NCBI GenBank assembly: GCA_964016885.1
Contig: OZ024741.1
Location: 92,380,001 to 92,444,000, forward strand
Direction of reading: 5' to 3'
Length of the DNA: 64,000 nt
From: Eledone cirrhosa
Lineage: Eukaryota
Every line of letters begins with the position of its first letter. Positions within the stretch are counted from its first letter, which is position 1. The notes under the pieces were generated by a model. It was not told the DNA's origin, searched no databases, and saw only the letters and a program-made list of their open reading frames with translations. Shown piece after piece: positions 61,461 through 64,000 of this stretch. Position numbers and translations under genes: made by a program.

Positions 61461-62119
61461 CTTGTATAGGAAAGGGAAGGAGTCAACTTTCAAATCAGAC
61501 CAAGGAAGCTGTTTCTATTGGTCTTTCCACTGTTGATACTATCTGTCTGTTGCAACTCCTGTCAGAAGTGTCACTGCTTTTCAAGGGCAAGATTTGAACT
61601 CTGAACAAATACCAGATGATACTTTAATAATTCCGCCCATACATAGCTCCGACGTAGACTTCGACACGATTTGAACTCAGAATACAGAGAACCAAAACAA
61701 ATGACCCAACGTCCTATTGAATGAGAAGTGAATTGCAGAGACGATACAGCATCGGACTAAATGTCTTATACAATTAGACACTTACATCTACATTGTTGGT
61801 TCAAGTTCACCAGGCTTGTCTAAAATGTCATCACATCGGGAGATGTCACTTCAGGAGGAACATCGTAGGACTACGTCTGATATTAGAGATTATATCCTAT
61901 TTACCAACGAGGAAGCCTCTGTGTATTCGTTCGATTTTATAGAAATAACAGCTGAACTTCCCTTAAAGTATACATTAAATCATTTACTCCTAGATAACCC
62001 CTTAGAAGGGTGATGACTGGAATGTTTTTGATCTTAGGTCTTCTCGCTCAAGGTTATTCTAGGCTTAAGTAATAAAGACACTAGACCTATCTAATAAATA
62101 CGACAAGAGATACCAAGGA

Positions 62120-63050
62120 GCCGAGTTCGTGATTCGGCGAGGCTTGTTCTCTTCTGAAACCCCTTCGGGGTCTCGGGATACGCGATCTTTGAGCCTCCAT
62201 CCCACGCCTCTCAGAACAGGTCGCAGGCCCATCGCCAGTTTACGGCATGAAATGGAGACTGCAATATATTTTTCGAACAGGTCCCGCTACCTAAGGCCTG
62301 GACGAATCCCTTATTAACCCGCGCGAAAGACGATGTGGTATGATTCTTTTTCTTACCGCTCACCATATTTCAGTTTTGGTAGTCTTATTCGCGCCAGTCA
62401 GCAATCTGGTACTTTCCAAACCCGCGAAAACTAGGCTCTTTTAGATACGGCCTTTACTCGGCTTGTCATAGCTACATCACTGGGTTGTGAGAGTTTTCTT
62501 AGGAGCTACAGGTGTCACCCATTGTTCTATATCCCCAAGTAGTTTACTGCTATTGGACTGGGATTGTATATTCGTCCGGCAGCTGCCCTCTTATATCGCA
62601 ACTAACCATCATGTCTGGTGGCCGTATCGCTATCCGCCACCTGTACCCCGTTCTCTAACAGAACAGCTCTATAGGATAACTTTGATCGGACGAGCTCAGT
62701 AAACAGAAGGGTGCTACACTCGTTGTAGCTTTCAGTTTTCTGCTTTCGATACGGGTGCGTGCCTGGATGCCCTATATGTCTGCCGGCGAGTTCTCGATCT
62801 GCCAACGCCGCCGCCCCATGCGCCCTACCCACACATTAGCGCCCGTATCCGACGCCACCGCGTATACGTCGTTCCTTTTTCGGTCTCCCGCCCGCCACAT
62901 GTCATCTTTCACCGCTGGAGTACCACCAATACCACATCCGCCGCCGACAACACGCGTCATCCGAGATGAAGTCTTGGGCTTTTCGCCGCCTACCTCGCCT
63001 TCGTTCGTGATTCGTATTTCATATAATTTCGTTGACTCTTATATAGTTGT
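62120..63050 (-). mobile_element. CpG-rich decayed retroelement fragment, possibly L1/Tx1-like
   Basis: GC/CpG-rich island in AT-rich intron; only faint peptide resemblance; identity not secure. Confidence 0.25.
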
Positions 63051-63520
63051 TTGAAGATGCATGACTTAGTTCACAATTGCAAGGTCGTGAGTACAATTTG
63101 GTGGTGCGTTGTGTCCTTGAGCTAGATACATTATTTAACGTTGCTCTGGTTGACTCAATAGCAAAAAAATTGGTTGCGGCGACATTGGTGTCAAGATGTA
63201 TCGGGATTTGCTTTTCGCTTGGACAACATCGGTGTCATGAAGAGGGTAAGTGATATATACAAAAACACCTTGTCATACACACAAACGCACACACACACAC
63301 AAACGCACACACACACACACACACATACATGAATGTGTGTGTGCGTGTGTGTGCATAAGTGTATCTTTCTCTTAGACAACACCAGTGGTATGGTGAGGGG
63401 AAACAATTATGCATTGGAGATTAATGATCTTTCCACAAAAATCCTTGCTTTGGTTTACATCTTAGAGAGGAACTTTCCAGGTACAAACTCATAGTCAGTC
63501 ATGACCGAAGAGACATGAGG

Positions 63521-63647
<127 letters not shown>

Positions 63648-64000
63648 TTTGTACTAATATAATATAGTAGCCGTGTGTATTTGCCCGTAACGTAGTAGAG
63701 ATGACTGAGGAAGGAGGAGGAGATGACAAACTTCAGAAAGCAGCGTCTAACATTCGCTACACCTGTGTGTATATGTATAGTGAATTGGTTACATCCATTG
63801 GCTGTTATGATTACGTGAGTGTCTGTGTGTGTGTATATGTGTGTTTGTGTAAATTATATTTATATATATAATATTTGTCGGAGTGTATGTGTTTGTGTAA
63901 AATATATTTATATATAATATTTGTGTGTTTGTGTGTGTTTATTTAGATAGATGCATAGACAATAGAATTACAAACACACATGCATCTACACATACATATA

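Overview
Eukaryotic, extremely repeat-rich DNA, most likely from an octopod cephalopod (inferred from the abundant Meta-domain tRNA-SINE and the (TA)n/(CA)n/(TACA)n load). Nearly all 'YIYIYI', 'CVCV' and 'MYVC' ORFs are microsatellite artefacts. The only host gene I can support is an aquaglyceroporin-type aquaporin. Exon 1 (30539-30616) is absent from the ORF track, exon 2 (50434-50554) appears only buried in a spurious longer ORF, and they are separated by a ~19.8-kb intron; the rest of the gene lies beyond the window. The remainder is a nest of retroelements: Penelope-like elements (PLEs; RT + GIY-YIG) of two types, CR1-group and RTE LINE fragments, RTE-derived non-autonomous elements and SINEs. 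The dominant hidden signal is RNA-level. About 30 minimal type-I hammerhead ribozyme (HHR) motifs from more than 10 families are readable by eye. They include (i) a ~7-unit tandem array of a non-coding ~422-bp HHR repeat with an octamer motif in each unit (retrozyme/ribozyme-satellite-like), (ii) a 2077-bp non-coding HHR tandem element, (iii) three families with a compensatory U3-A8 core, (iv) HHRs with very long helix II, and (v) fold-back insertions whose inversion points sit at the ribozyme. Coordinates were counted by hand and may be off by a few bases; no folding or database search was run.
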